DNA of 64,000 nucleotides from Torpedo marmorata (lineage: Eukaryota), in contig OZ360241.1 of NCBI GenBank assembly GCA_977017645.1, forward strand, positions 60,574,001-60,638,000, in the 5' to 3' direction. The notes under the pieces were generated by a model. It did no database searches, was not told the origin of the DNA, and saw only the letters and a program-made list of their open reading frames with translations. Of this stretch, positions 49,556-62,726 are shown one piece after another; position 1 is the stretch's first letter; each line of letters begins with the position of its first letter. Both the position numbers and the translations under genes were made by a program.

Positions 49556-51175
49556 GGGAGCTGCAGTGAGGAAAAGAAAGAAAACCCAAAAAGCTCCATG
49601 GAAGAATCTGACACTGAAAGCAGTGAGAAGCAAAGGGTCAAGGCACAAATAGAAGCCAGCAACCTCTCATCATCCGAGGATAAAGCCAGCACGAGCGCCG
49701 GATGAAGACAGAGTAAGCGCCAAGACGGAGGGGAAAGAAAGGAGGAAAAATGGTTATGAGTAATCCCAACAGTGGGAGGTACAGCACCCAGCAACTCCCA
49801 GCACCTAGAAACCGGGAACAGGGAAGAAACCATCGACCCCCCCACGCCAGCTCTGGGAGGCCAGGAGCAGTGCAGAGGGTGTCGCCCCACACCCCCCTAG
49901 CTCCGGAAGACCAAGAGCAGTACAGAGGCCGTTGCCCCCCCCCACCCCCAGCTACGGGAGAAGAATACAAGCCAGAGGAGCAGGAGCACAGCCAGATCTA
50001 CCCCCAGCCACACCACCAAAGAGACCCCACTCCCAGAGGAAGATCACCCCATGTTCATGAGCCTGAAATCTGTGCTACAGTTCACCAAAGCAGTGGGCAT
50101 GAGTGGTCAGGCTGATTGACACTGGACTGTAAGGATTGCGAACTAGTGACTCCTATGAACAACAGTGCAGATTAAAATAACAACCCTCAACGTGCGCAGT
50201 GTCAATCGTACTACGTGATGTGTAAACTCCTTGCAATATCTTGCCATAGTCAAGGCAGATGTGACTTTCATACAGGAGTGGGGGTTGCCACACACGCGTC
50301 ATCCCGCCCATGAGGAGCGAGAGGCTGGCCGTCTTCCAGCAGCTCCCAGCATTGCTGGTGACGTCTAGGCCAGTCGTTCTGGCCGGTGACTTCACTTGCA
50401 TCACCGATGCGGCTGGACGATCCGGCAGTGCCGACAGCAGACTGGACAGCTCCTCCAGACTCCTGATGGAGACGGTAAAGGAAGCACAGCTGTGCGACGC
50501 CTTCAGCAACCCTGTAGGTGGAGCACAGCCGCAGCCCACCTGGTCAAGATCGGAAGGCTCAATTCGGTCTCAGAGAGACTTCATTCTCGTGTCGAAGGCC
50601 ATCACAGTCAGAACCACCGATGTCATGCTGGTGTAATTCTCTGACCACTGCCTCCTTCACGCCTCCTTTAACCTACAGGACGACCAGAAGGTGGGCAGGG
50701 GAACGTGGAAGCTGAACGTGAAGTTGTTGACCACAGAGAACATAGATGAACTAAAGAAGGAGTACGCTGGTTGGAGAACCGTGAAACCCTTCTTTGACCT
50801 CCTAGTGACCTGGTGCGAAGCAACCAAGGAGAGCATCAAGAGATTCTTTAACCTTAAAGGTGTTTGTTGAGCAAGACAAGAGGCAAAGGGAACTGAGCCA
50901 ACTCCAGACTGAGCTGCAGCAACTCCTCCTTCTGCAGTCAAGAGGGGTGGATGTGAGAGAGGAACTCCAAGAAGTGAAGAGCCGGCAAGCCGCACTATTC
51001 ACCTCAGAGTCCTCCAAGATCATCTTCCAATCCAGAGTCCGCACAGTGGAGCAGGAAGAGCTCACGCTTCTTCTTCCAAAAGGTTCGCAGAGGGAGCTCT
51101 GTGATCCACAGCCTTAAGAAAGAGGATGGCTCAGTCACATCCTCGCAGACAGGTATACAGAGGATCAGCAGATCC
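49556..51175 (+). mobile_element. Tx1-type LINE: ORF1 end and APE endonuclease region (pseudogenised)
   Basis: From ~50166 IKITTLNVRS, FIQE, VLAGDF, TWSRS, DFIL, SDHC, GRGTWKLNV APE motifs with stops and deletions. Confidence 0.85.
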
Positions 51176-52160
51176 CCATATGAAATGGAAGACTGCTCTG
51201 GTGACCACTTGTTGTGTTTGGGAAAGTATCAGGTTCGGTGGGTTCACAGAGAGACAAGTCTGGACACAAGTATTACAATCAAAGGTAACTTTATTGAACA
51301 CATGGGAAACAAACAGGGGAAGACGTCAAACAATACTTAATTACTCTACTACTTAATAGCTGTATAGACATTCACATCGGACCCAGGTTGGACTCCAATA
51401 CCAGTGGCTGTTATCGGCACGAGACAAAAACTATAACGGTGTAAGCAGGCACATCGGGTACAAGGGACTCTGATACCGGTTACTGTTTACCCTACCACAC
51501 TCTCCTGCACGTGTACACACTTCACAGACAGGGACTTTCAAACACACTCCTGATTCCCTGTACCAACAGGGGTGCAGCTCTCTGCAAGTGCTGATCTATC
51601 GCAGTACTAAGGCTCAACTAAATGTACTGCACACCTTACCCGCAACTCCTCCAAAATGTCCACAGTAGCGACCTGGCGTGGAGCGATGTCTAGGACTTGG
51701 ACCAAGAGGCAGAGAGAGAGAAATGAGGCATGAGTCGATGTTTTATACTGTTCTGAGCTGGGCGTCTGGCCAATGATGACGCTGAATCATTTAAATGAGC
51801 CAACGGTAAGGTGTGCACTAATGGGTGGCTGGAGTCCAACCTTGATTGGCAGGTGATGTGACTTCAGACTAGGTTTCAGACAGGGAGGTCACGTGATCTT
51901 CCGCAATCTACAACGTTCCAGACAGGGAGGCCATGTGTTCCTCCACAATCCACATATAACACCGCCAGGGCGGAGGTGCGGGGGATGGGCCACACCTTCG
52001 CCACATACAGCAGTACCGAGAGCACCTCGCACCTGACGACCAGGTTCTTCCCTGTTATTGACAGGGAGCGCCGTGCCCACAGACCGAATGTCTGGTGGAC
52101 CTTTGCGATCCACTCCGACCAATTTTTGTTACATGACTCAGCCCCTCCAAACCAGATCCT
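51172..52160 (-). mobile_element. Tx1-type ORF2 post-RT segment in inverted orientation, split by a solo LTR
   Basis: Minus-strand GIWFGGAESCNKNWSEWIAKV...RSLSITGKNLVVRCEVLSVLLYVAKVWPIPRTSALA|VTRAVFHFIWG; the frame is restored when the LTR and one TSD copy are removed. Confidence 0.8.
51210..51961 (-). mobile_element. Solo LTR (752 bp)
   Basis: TGTT...AACA termini; degenerate 5-bp TSD CCACT / CCGCC; on minus: CCAAT (~51849-51845), TATAAAA (51747-51741), AATAAA (~51294-51289). Confidence 0.8.
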
Positions 52161-52789
52161 CTCACATGTTCTGTCCTATACCCTATCACCTCTGGGCCTC
52201 TCCTCAGCTTCCTTCCCCCTTTATATATATTCATTGGTCTCTACACATAATTTGTTCCCATACTACAACCCAAAAATGGAGTTCTCTGAGGACTGGGTAG
52301 GTTCACTCACCCTATTACAGAGACTCCACTCTCCACTAATCTAATTCACCTAGAAACTATACTTGCTCTACACATTCCCTGTGTGCACTGCCTCAGATGA
52401 TCTGGTATGGAGAAAACGGTTTGCAATTGTTCTTTAAGGAGCCCATTTATCAGTTCAATGTCCTTATAATTCAATGTAAATTAGTATCAATTTATATCAA
52501 CTCCATTAAAATCATGGTACGGTGACATCTGGAGCAGGAGCCATCTGTCAGCCGTCAGTAGGAGCAACTAATATTTTATCCTTGGTTATAATGGAATTAA
52601 ATTTATTTTCCCTCAAAGCAGTTTCTTGGATGAAGAAAGAGTAGCAGTAAGCTTAGAGTTTAACCCAAATAGAAACAGCTATTCCACTGACAACTGGTCT
52701 GCAATTAATAATCTTTGGGCACTGCCCTCTTCCTTGTGTCAGAAGGTCATATGATTAAGGAACACTCCAGATATTCATGCATGACATTT

Positions 52790-53355
52790 GTGATAATGCT
52801 TCAGTACAATGATGAGTGTGCTTCACTTTCAGAGGAGCGATACTAAGGAAGCACAGGACTGAAGCAGAACAGCACAAATGGAGAGACAGTACTGAGGGAA
52901 TGTCACACTATCAGAGAGGCAGTACTAAGGAAGTGCTATACCTTCTCAGGGGCAATGCTGAGGGAGCAATATTGTATAGGAATACCGAGAGACTGGTAAA
53001 CTGACGGATGGGCAACCCTAAGGAAAGGCTCAGGCCTGAAACGTTAGTAATATATCTTTACCTCCTATGGACGCTGCGAGACTGGCTGAGTTCCTCCAGC
53101 ATTTCTGTGTTTTGACTTACAATCACAGAGACTTTCGTGTTTCACAGTATTGATGTGCACTGTTCCATCAGCGGGGCACTACTGAGGGAGTGCCACATAA
53201 TATTGAGATTCTGCTATGGTGAAAGTGGCAGTATTGAGGGAGCACAGCTCTATCTCAGGGGCAGTAGTGATGCTCAGGGAAGCTCTAATAACGGACCTGT
53301 GGTCCGTCAAGGGGCAGTACTGAGGATGCATTATCGAAGGAAGAGTATTGAATGA
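52790..53355. repeat. Degenerate ~32-bp tandem array interrupted by a Penelope end (53015-53145)
   Basis: GGCAGTACTGAGGGAG-like motif recurs at ~52888, 52920, 52953, 53176, 53229 and 53314. Confidence 0.6.
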
Positions 53356-54127
53356 CAAATCCATTGACAGAAGGTCATTACTGAGTGAATGTTGTATTTT
53401 CTCCGATTAAACAGACGTTGTCATGCCAATTCAATGGTCCCTGTGTTTGCTAAAGGTCATAGTCCAATTTTTGAAGAAGTGCATGAATAAGATAAGTAGG
53501 TGAGGTTCAGGGATTGTGATGAGAACATGGAGAGGGGGGGATGTTTGGGTAAATCTATAATAAAGAGACTGGTTCGCTGTGCCTAAAAAAACAACTTACA
53601 CTTGTACAGTGCACTTAATATAATAAAACTTTCCGTCATTTCACAGAAACATCAGAGAGTGTTTGACACCAAACACTTCAGAGAGGATTCTTGTGTTGGT
53701 TTTCTCAGTGTTTTTATCAGAAGGACAGCTTTGCTCACTCACTTATTGAGAAATAAGAACATAAGTAAACAGAGAAGCGTTTTAAGGAACGATCAGGGAG
53801 GAGAGTGGTGAAGGGGGGTGGGGGGGGAAGGCTTCGGTAGGGAATTCCAGAGTTTAGGGTCTTAAGAGTTGAAGACATAGCTGCCAATGGTGAAGCAATG
53901 GAAATCAGGAACGATTGAGAATCCAGCATTCAAGGAAAAAGAGAATGATGGAGATTTCTCGGGGAGAAGGAGGATTCATACACTGGGAGAAGCAAGGCCA
54001 TGGAACAATTTGGATAAAAGAATGAGAATTTAAATCTCTTTTTATTCCTATTAATGCAGTGCACCGATTGCTAAGGATTCTGTCCCTTTGTAAATGTGTT
54101 TATAAATGTTGGAATTTTGTTTACTCA

Positions 54128-54740
54128 TAGAAACCCTGGCAAATTTCTACAGATGTGTGGTGGAAAGTGTGCTGACCGGCTGCATCACGGTCTGGTATGG
54201 GAACACCAATACCCCCGAGCGTAAAGCCCTCCAAAAGGTAGTGGACGCAGCCCAGGACATTACAAGCAAAACCCTCCCCACTATTGAGTACATCTACAGG
54301 GAACGCTGCCATCGGAGGGCAGCAGCAATCATCAAAGACCCACACCAACCAACACACGCTCTGTTCTCGCTGCTGCCATCAGGAAAGAGGTATAGGTGCC
54401 ACAAGACTCGCACCACCAGGTTCAGGAACAGCTGCTACCCCTCCACCATCAGACTCCTCAACAACAAACTCAATCAAGGACTAACTTAAGGACTCTTACT
54501 TGTGCACTTTATTGATTTTCTTTGCTCTCCCTGTATTGCACGGTCAGTTTGCTTACATTCGTTGTCTGTTTACAGTTCTTTTGAATGTTTACATGTTCAC
54601 GCTGTGTACAGTTTATTTTTTGCACTACCAATTAGTAGTAATTCTGCTGCGCCCGCAGGAAAAAAGGAATCTCAGGGTTGTATGTGAATGTCATGTATGT
54701 ACTCTGACAATAAATCTGAAATCTGAATCTGAATCTGAAT
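54128..54740 (+). mobile_element. Rex1/Babar-type LINE 3' fragment (different subfamily)
   Basis: TLANFYRCVVESVLTGCITVWYG...LLPSGKRYR...RFRNSCYPSTIRLLN; tail TGACAATAAA(TCTGAA)n. Confidence 0.92.
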
Positions 54741-57188
54741 TCCTTTGTGGAGTATTTCTGAGCACCAAATTTAGGCAAGAGAGAAAGGAAGACGATAGGA
54801 AGAATTTTATTAAGCAGTGAGTGGTCAGACTTGGAGCTTGCTGCCTGGGAGGGTGATGGAAGCAGAGATCATGGAAATTGGATCTGCAATTGAGGGAAAT
54901 AAACTTGCCATGTACATTGATAGTGTGGATTAATGGGATTGACCAGATCATTCTGCAGAGGTGAGTGTGAATTTGATGGTCTGAATGGCCTTCTGTGCCA
55001 TAATGTCTACATGTGACAACTTGATCCAATATTTCTGGATTTTCTTTGATCTGATCCAGTTCTTTACAGGATTACTCATGTCCAGAGCATGTGTTGTGGC
55101 ACTCAACAAGAATATCCCTATTCCCCCAACACCCACCAAATCTCACTCCTAAATAATTTATTGGGTTTGATTTATTTCGATTTTTTCCACTGTCACTGCA
55201 AAATCTGATCCGGGTGTTGTTAAGAGAAATATTGAGGGTTCTAGAAATGGATTTGCTTTTAGGGACTGGAAATAAGAGGAGACTGGGAGCCTCAACGCTG
55301 ATTGTCTATAATGTGCCAGGTGAAGGTGCAATCGGAGAGTTTGTCCTCTTCTCCTCCCAACCCCCAAAATACAAGTTCTCATGCAAACATTACTCTCTGA
55401 AGAATGGAATAAGAGAATCATTACAGAACTGAAAGAGAACGTTCAGATCATTAAGTCCATGCGGAATAACGGGGAAAAGTACAATGTCAGTCACCTTATA
55501 TCCAGAATGAGATTTGGTACAAGATATGGGCAAAGTGGGGAAAATGAGCAGAAAATGGACACAAGAGACTGCAGATACTTGAATCTGGACCAATTCAGCA
55601 GGTCAGGCAGCATGTGTGGAGGCAAAGCAATAATCAACATTTCGGGTCAAGACCCCATCCTTACAACCATTCTCCTTCCAATATCTGACCCCTCAATCCC
55701 TTAATCACAAACTTTATCTTTCAGTCACTCCTGATTTCTGGCCTCTGGCACTTGGTACAAACACTCAATCCGTCTCGACCTTCCCACTGTTCGCTCTGCC
55801 CACGACCTGTTCTCTTTCTCAGTCTTCCTGGCAGGAAACAAAATAAAAAAGTGGGAATGAATTCAGCATGAGCTCAGGGACCCTGCCATTTCTGGTTTAT
55901 TCCAAACTATATTCCTTCTTAGTCTCCTTGGAAATGGCCGAGATAGTACTTCTGTCATGTTGTATTAAACTCAGGGAACAGAGGATCAAGAGCTAAATGT
56001 GAAGACACATGCAGGCATGGATAGAGATATAAAGTCAGAAACACACCTGGAAAGACGTGCTCCACACAAAAAAAAACACAGGAAGGCACATACATGCATT
56101 TTCATGTACAGACATATGTAAATATATACAAAGGCAGAGAAAGGCATGTAAAAACATGGAAATAAATCTGCAGCTATTCCAGAGGCAGATACTCTGCACT
56201 GTGCAAATCAGCTGTTGTAACCAGAGTCCAAATTAATTGACAATGTTGCTGAGTGTAAAACAGACCTCACTTCAGCTGATAAATGATCAGCCACTTTACT
56301 GTCAAATCACCTCAGTAAATGGATGCCTGATAGTTAATCAGTTGCACTTTGCCTATACTCAGATGGGTTGCAGGAGGTTGCTGGGAATTGAAGGCTGAAC
56401 TTCAGAAATGCAGTGCGTGTTTTTATTTGCCATCTAGCCCATCTGGAATAGTTAACCCATTTGCCCTTTTGATGCAGATTTTGTTTAGTCCTGGCATCCC
56501 TGTTGCCCTCCAGTTCTTTGCTTGGTTTGTGATGAAATCAGAGAGTCCGTTACGTTCTCTCTAATTGACAAAATAAAGCCCTAACTAAATCGGTAGGATG
56601 AAACAATGCTAAAGAGTAGACGACCAGTAGTGTGTCCCCTATTTGCTACTCCACGTTTGTGAGCTATGTCTTCATCTTTCACCTGGCTATGTTTTGCTCC
56701 TGAGACCAAACCCAGTTGCCTCAGAAAGCTGCAAATATTTGGCTGTCAAGAGTTGTTCAGTCACAGTCCTAATATTAAACTATAGGTTAGCCTGAAAAGA
56801 CATACATTCTCCCCATGAATTCAGTTCATTTCCCTTCTCTACCTTTTGTTCATCAGCTAGAGTCATGAAAGCATATAACTTTACAGTAATGGAAACAGGC
56901 ACTTTGACCCAACTTGTCCATAACAGCCAACTTGTTTATCTAAACTAGTCCATTTGCAAGAAATGTCCCAAAATAGTCTTCTCCTTTATTTGGGGGATGG
57001 GGAAGTGTAATTAAGTTCAATAAATCCTGTGAATATTGATTGAGGGGATAATTTAGATTAATGCATTTCTCTCTCTCTCTCTCTCACTCTCACACACACA
57101 CACACAAAAGTTGTCAGTGCTCAGTGAAGGCTTCAACAAGTATGATGGGAGATGAAATTTATCTTTTAACAGTGAAAAACGTGTTATA

Positions 57189-57396
57189 CAGGTGTACCCC
57201 GTTTTACGAATACTTGCTTTACGCAAATTCGCTTTTACGAAGAAACCTGTGTTCTCTCTCCGAAAGAAATTTGAATGGGTTTTCGCTTTTACGAAAATAG
57301 CCTTCAATAGTAGTGAATGGGTCTTCGCTTTACGCCATTTTGGCTTACGAAAGGTTTCATAGGAACGCTCTAGTTTCGTAAAGCGGGGTATACCTG
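57189..57396. mobile_element. MITE, Tc1/mariner-pogo superfamily
   Basis: TA|CAGGTGTACCCCGTTTTACGAA ... TTCGTAAAGCGGGGTATACCTG|TA; internal (C/T)TTTACG repeats. Confidence 0.92.
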
Positions 57397-57789
57397 TATT
57401 TGCAATTAAGAAAATCACACACTAAAAGCACTCTCCACCCCCACCAATAAACAAGTGCAAACATTTACAGTTCCATATTTGCAATAAGATAATGAATCAA
57501 AGATTTTGATTAGGCTATCATAATTTAATCACTCTACCAATAGCACCTGTGCCTTTAGCTGCCGGAGCCCCAAGCTTGTAAATTGCTTCTCTAAGACTTT
57601 CTGATCCTCTTTCGTCCTTAAAGACACTCCTTAAAATTTATCCAATTGACCAAATCTTTGGTCACCCATCTCGATTTGTGGCTCAGTGTCAAAATAGTGT
57701 GTGATAATTGTTATTGGTAATAGAAAATCCAGGGTTCATTGACTGACATTCCTAGGAGATGAGGAAGTCATGCATCATTCTACTTCAAG

Positions 57790-58685
57790 AAGGTGGCAGA
57801 TGGAGTATAATGCAGGTAAACAAGGCCAATGCACTCTGGAAGGAAGCCCAGACACACAGAATATTTTTTAAATAGTGTGAAACTAGTAAATACAATGTAT
57901 AAAGGGATCAGGTCACTGGTTCATGAAATACAGGAAGTAAATGTGATGGTTCAATAAGTAATTAGAAAGGCAAATGGAATATTGTCTTTTATTGCAAATT
58001 ATTTGCGATACAAAAGTAAGGAAGTCTTGCTGAGATTGCCGGGGACCACCCAGGATTTAAAAAATTTTTTTAAATTAGACATACAGCACTGTAACAGGCC
58101 AATTCGGCCCTACGAGTCCATGCCGCCCAAATTACACCCCATTAACCTACACCCTGGTACGTTTTTGAACGGTGGGAGGAAACCGGAGCCCCCAGAGGAA
58201 ACCCACGCAGACACGGGGAGAACGTACAAACTCCTTACAGACAGCGCGGGATTCTAACCCAGGTCCGGTCTCGATCGCTGGCGCTGTAAAGGCGTTGCGC
58301 TAACTGCTACGCCAACCGTGCCTTACTATGCACAGATTTGGTTTCCATACCTAATTAACATCCGAAGAGGTGCAGACCAATCAATAGATTGATTTTGGGG
58401 ATGATTAAATTGTCTTGAGGAAAGGAATAGGATAGAATGACATTTATGAGTTTAGGAAGTGAGATCAGATTTCATTTCAAGATATTCGATTCTGACCACA
58501 GACAGGCTGGAACTAAAGGGATTATTCTCAGAATAAGGGGTTGTTTATTTAGGACTAAGCTGAAAGATCCATAGATTTTGGTACTGCAGGGGAAATCCAG
58601 GATGCTGGAATCAGAAAAAAAGGCACATGATCAGCCATGATCTCGTTGAACAGGAAGCAGCTCAAAGGGGCTGAATGGCCTGCAC
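57790..58685 (+). mobile_element. Decayed CR1 LINE interrupted by a V-SINE
   Basis: ggtggcagatggagtataatgcagg; attagaaaggcaaatggaatattgtcttttattgc; tail ctcaaaggggctgaatggcc. Confidence 0.7.
58056..58322 (-). mobile_element. Full-length V-SINE (HE1-like), young
   Basis: Minus: GGCACGGTTGGCGTAGCAGTTAGCGC (A box)...GGGTTAGAATCCC (B box)...V-domain...GGGCCGAATTGGCCTGTTAC CR1-like tail; CpGs retained. Confidence 0.9.
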
Positions 58686-60124
58686 AAATTAGTAAAGGGA
58701 ATTAGTTGACTGGTGTGTTTAAAATCACACTCACTGGAATTGATGAAGCAATTGACACTTTTAATAGAGAATAACTCTCTCCTCCCACAGTGAAATTCAG
58801 AATCGATGTTGATTTTTATTCTCCATATCCCGGTCTTCTGACTGACGATTTATTTTCTTTCACATCAGCAAGCATTTCCAAATGTGGTATATTTTCAGAT
58901 TTAATCCAAACCCTTCCCAATCTTTTTGGGTTCATTTTACATAACTGTTTCCTCAGTGATATTTTTACATAAAAGAAGATGGTTTTTCCTCTGTGGTGGC
59001 TTTGATATGCTGAGTAGCAATAGTGATCATTCACCAACAAGCAGAAAATATTTACCTGATAATCAACCTGCCCATGAACAAAAGCCTGTGCCTTTTTGAA
59101 ATGGAGATAACAGATCAGAATTACTAGAGATCTCTCTCTCAAAGCAATAAAATTAACCGGAAGATGGCCAGACTCCAGCCTCACTGCATTATTTATTAGT
59201 TCACGAAGAAAATTAACATCTAAAAAGATAAAACTCTGTTGCTTTTTGTCTCTAGTCTAGTTCCACATTAAATATTCTGTTGAGTAATTTTTGAGGAGAA
59301 GAAATATTACACTTTGCCACTGATGCAATGCACAATCATTGCAGGTAGTTTACACAATGCACAAGTCTTGCTAGAGCATCACACACACAATAGCTGCAGT
59401 CTTGCATGAGTGCACACACCTCAAATAGAAGCTTGCAGAAACAATAAAGGCATATTGCATTTATAGAACAACTTTAATGCAGTAAAATCTCCTTAAATGT
59501 TCCAGAGATGTTCGTTGTATGAACGTGTTTAGGGCCTTACAAAACCACAAACACACACTCTGAACAAATGATTATATAACTCTGCTTGGTGCTCGCTCTG
59601 GAGATTAACATTATTCTAATGCTGGTATTGCATTGGAGAGGAATCTAATAAACATGAGAGAGAATGGAATATGTCCATGGCAGTGATGAGTGGGGAACGG
59701 GCACAAAGTGGTGGGAAGAGGTTGGCGTGGAACAGGAACACGACTTCAAGCATGGGCCAAATGACACTTCCTGACAGCTGTGCCTTCAGCTGCCTGGAAC
59801 TCCTGCCTAAAACCCCTCAACTCCTCTCTCCTCTTTAATGACCCTCTCTAAAACACACCTCCATCGCTGAAGCTTTTGGTCAGCTGCCTTTGTATGTCCT
59901 TTTTACTGAGAATGCTCTTGTTATTGATATTTCACGATACTTCAAAAAACAATGGCCCAGAAATAGTTTGATGCCACAAAACATGCATTGAACCAGAAAT
60001 GCATGAAAGAACAATGTGGATTCCCTGCTGGGATATCATAACAACCAAAACACAAACCATAAGGCACAATGCCTTGAATGAATATGCTCACTGAAGTGCC
60101 TTTCCTCTATTCACTGTTCCATTG

Positions 60125-61000
60125 CAGAGAGGGAGGGTGAACAAGTGAGGGAGGGAAACTATGAAAATGGCGGTGCTGCCGGAGCCGCTGTAGCAGGGAG
60201 TGAGGGAGCGGAGATGCAGCGCTCCCGCAGGGTCCAGCCGCCCAGTCGCCTGCCGTCAGCTCCGCGCGGGCTTTTGGGGGAGCCGACAGTGGTTTTATTT
60301 GAGATCCCGCGACCGCGGGGTCTGCTCCCAAGATGGCAGCACCTATTAATCAGCAGCAGCCACGAGGGGCTGCAGACTCCGGGGAAGCAGAGGACTGGAG
60401 CAGGGCACCAGAGGATGGAAAGATCACCCCCCACCCCCCCGTCTGAGAAGGAGAAGTGGAGGAGTCGACCCACGGGACAGTGACCACGGTGGCGGACCAG
60501 TGAGGGTCTCTGAGGCTGAAGGACCAGTGCATGCAGCGGGCTGCTGGCGACTCGAGGCAACTAACCCGGGGAGGCTGTGGGCTGCTGGAGACTGCTGTTG
60601 GGAGACTCGCACCGGGCTGCGGACTGCTGGAGACTGGCTCGAACTGGCTGGAGGAGTACCAGGTATCGGAACCGGGATGCGAGGGGGTGCCGAGGGATCC
60701 GAAGGGTTCCTGACCGTGTCGGAGGTTCGGATCTGGAGCTCAGGTTGCCAATGGTTTGGACTGGACTCTGTGTGGCTGCAGAGGCTGCGGAAGCACTGGA
60801 GGCGAATCTACGGACACTCGGTGACTCTGGGGGGACTCTCTTTTGCTTCTCTTTTTCTGACTGCAAGGAATGTAAGAGGCACTTAGGCAATTTCTGCCGG
60901 TGGCGAATCTGTCTGCCTTGCAGCAGGCAAAAATAAATTTCATGGAATATGACACTGTTTTATTACTATGACAATAAATTGAATCTTGAATCTTGAATCT
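60125..61000 (+). mobile_element. Longest copy of a GC/CpG-rich non-coding retroelement with (GAATCTT)n tail
   Basis: Shares its 3' end with three truncated copies; ends ATGACAATAAATT(GAATCTT)n; no recognisable protein; 5' boundary approximate. Confidence 0.75.
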
Positions 61001-62469
61001 GAGCATTGGCTCCAAGATTCAAAGGGATGGTCCATTTGCCAGACAACGTTAGTCTGTTTCCCCAGAAATTGATGATGCTGCTTTAAAATAAGGACTTGTG
61101 TACTTGAGACAGACACAGCATTTGTTTTCTCTCAAAGGGCTGTCTTTGGAACTCTCTTGTACAAAGGGTAGAAGAAGCAAATTCTTTAAATATTTTAAGG
61201 CAAAGATATGCAGGTTCTTGATAAGCAAGAGGGTGAAAGATTTCTGCGGTAGTGTGGAATACAGAGTTGAGGTTAGAATCAAGTAATCCATTAACTGGTA
61301 GAGCAGGAGTGATCTAATCCTGCTCCAAATGTATCTGTTCACAAATAAGCAAGATTCTCGTGCACTACGAAGGTCTGCTACTGAGATGTGATTTGCACCA
61401 CTTACAAATTATACATGTGCAAATGAATATTGTGCATGTGCAAACTACATTGACAAGTCATTGGGCATTTTTGGCCAGCTCTGTGTGCAAGAGCGTCATT
61501 TGCACAAAGGACATGGAAAAATTCTCTCATGGGAATTATGCTATCAGTAACCAATCACATTTAGCAAATGGGCTTTTAATTAAATTCCTTTGTGTTGTGG
61601 AGTAAAATTCCACAATGCACAGAATATTTTCTGGGCTATCATTAAAATTCGAATTGTGGTCATTTTCCAGTTATTCCCATGCTGTATACTTAATATAATT
61701 CTACGTACTTCCCTCAGCAGTGGATGTGAGAAGGGAAGGTTTGTATCACATGCTCTTCCTATATCAATGTCTGGAGACAAGAATCTTAATTGTCAAGTGG
61801 ATTAGGCAGTCACATTGATCTCATTAGATTGCATGCAAATTGAATGGCACTGGTGATCTGTGTGAATTGGCAAAGAGAAATATTACTGATATTATACACA
61901 AGTAATTTGTGAAACAAAAGGACAAAAAAAAACCAAATATTCTCAAAATGTGTACCCTCCAAAACAGAAGTCCAGCCGGTGGCCTGTAAAGGGGTTCGAG
62001 CTCATCAGCAACCCTACCCCACTGCCCAGTGGTCCATGAGTTTGTTATAGGTAGTCTACAGTATGGAAAGGAATCCTAAAAGTGATCTGAGGATGAAGAA
62101 AAGGTTGAGAACCATTGCTCGAGGCCATTGTACAGCTCACTAGTAGAGGGGCCTTACAGTGTATGTTGTTTGCAATAAGTAGCACAAACCAAATGATAGA
62201 GGGGACTTTGGGTTCAAACACCAGCTGGTTAATTTCAGGTCCTCAGTCAAATCTCTGGTGTAACTGACATAAACAGATGCGACTTACCTAGAGAAAGGAA
62301 AGACTTGCATTTCCAGAAGACCAGCGTTCTCTCCAATATAGTGACCATCAATCCACTCCTAAAATCATATTCACTCATCATCCTATGGGAGCTTACTTGG
62401 CATAAACTGGCTGCGTTCTACATTTCTACACTTCAGAAGTACGACTTGGTCTGTGAAGAATTTTGGGGT

Positions 62470-62726
62470 ACTTCCAGGCAGCATCAGTGGGAGAAAGAGA
62501 ATGGTCGACGTTTTGGAGCCAGAGCCCTTCATCGAGACTGGGAACGTTAAGCAGTAAACAGTAAGTAAGCAGTAAACTAGTGTAAACAGAACAGGGAGGG
62601 AGGAGCAGGACAGGGGCCCATGTGGGATTGGTGAACCAGGAAGAGATGAAACACGACCTGCTGAGTTTCTCCAGCATTTATGTTTTTTACTTCAACCACG
62701 GTGTCAACAGATTTTCGTGTTTTACT
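62470..62726. mobile_element. Inverted Penelope-derived element
   Basis: Minus-strand GATGAAGGGCTCTGGCTCCAAAACGTCG and plus-strand GACCTGCTGAGTTTCTCCAGCA...AGATTTTCGTGTTTTAC. Confidence 0.7.

Noticed and set aside
58240-58322. tRNA gene
   Set aside because: The A/B boxes belong to a V-SINE head continuous with the V-domain; same for ~2670-2728.
60107-61015. Protein-coding gene or CpG-island promoter at 60.1-61.0 kb
   Set aside because: ORFs occur in many frames without motifs, and the 3' part recurs three more times in the window as a repeat.
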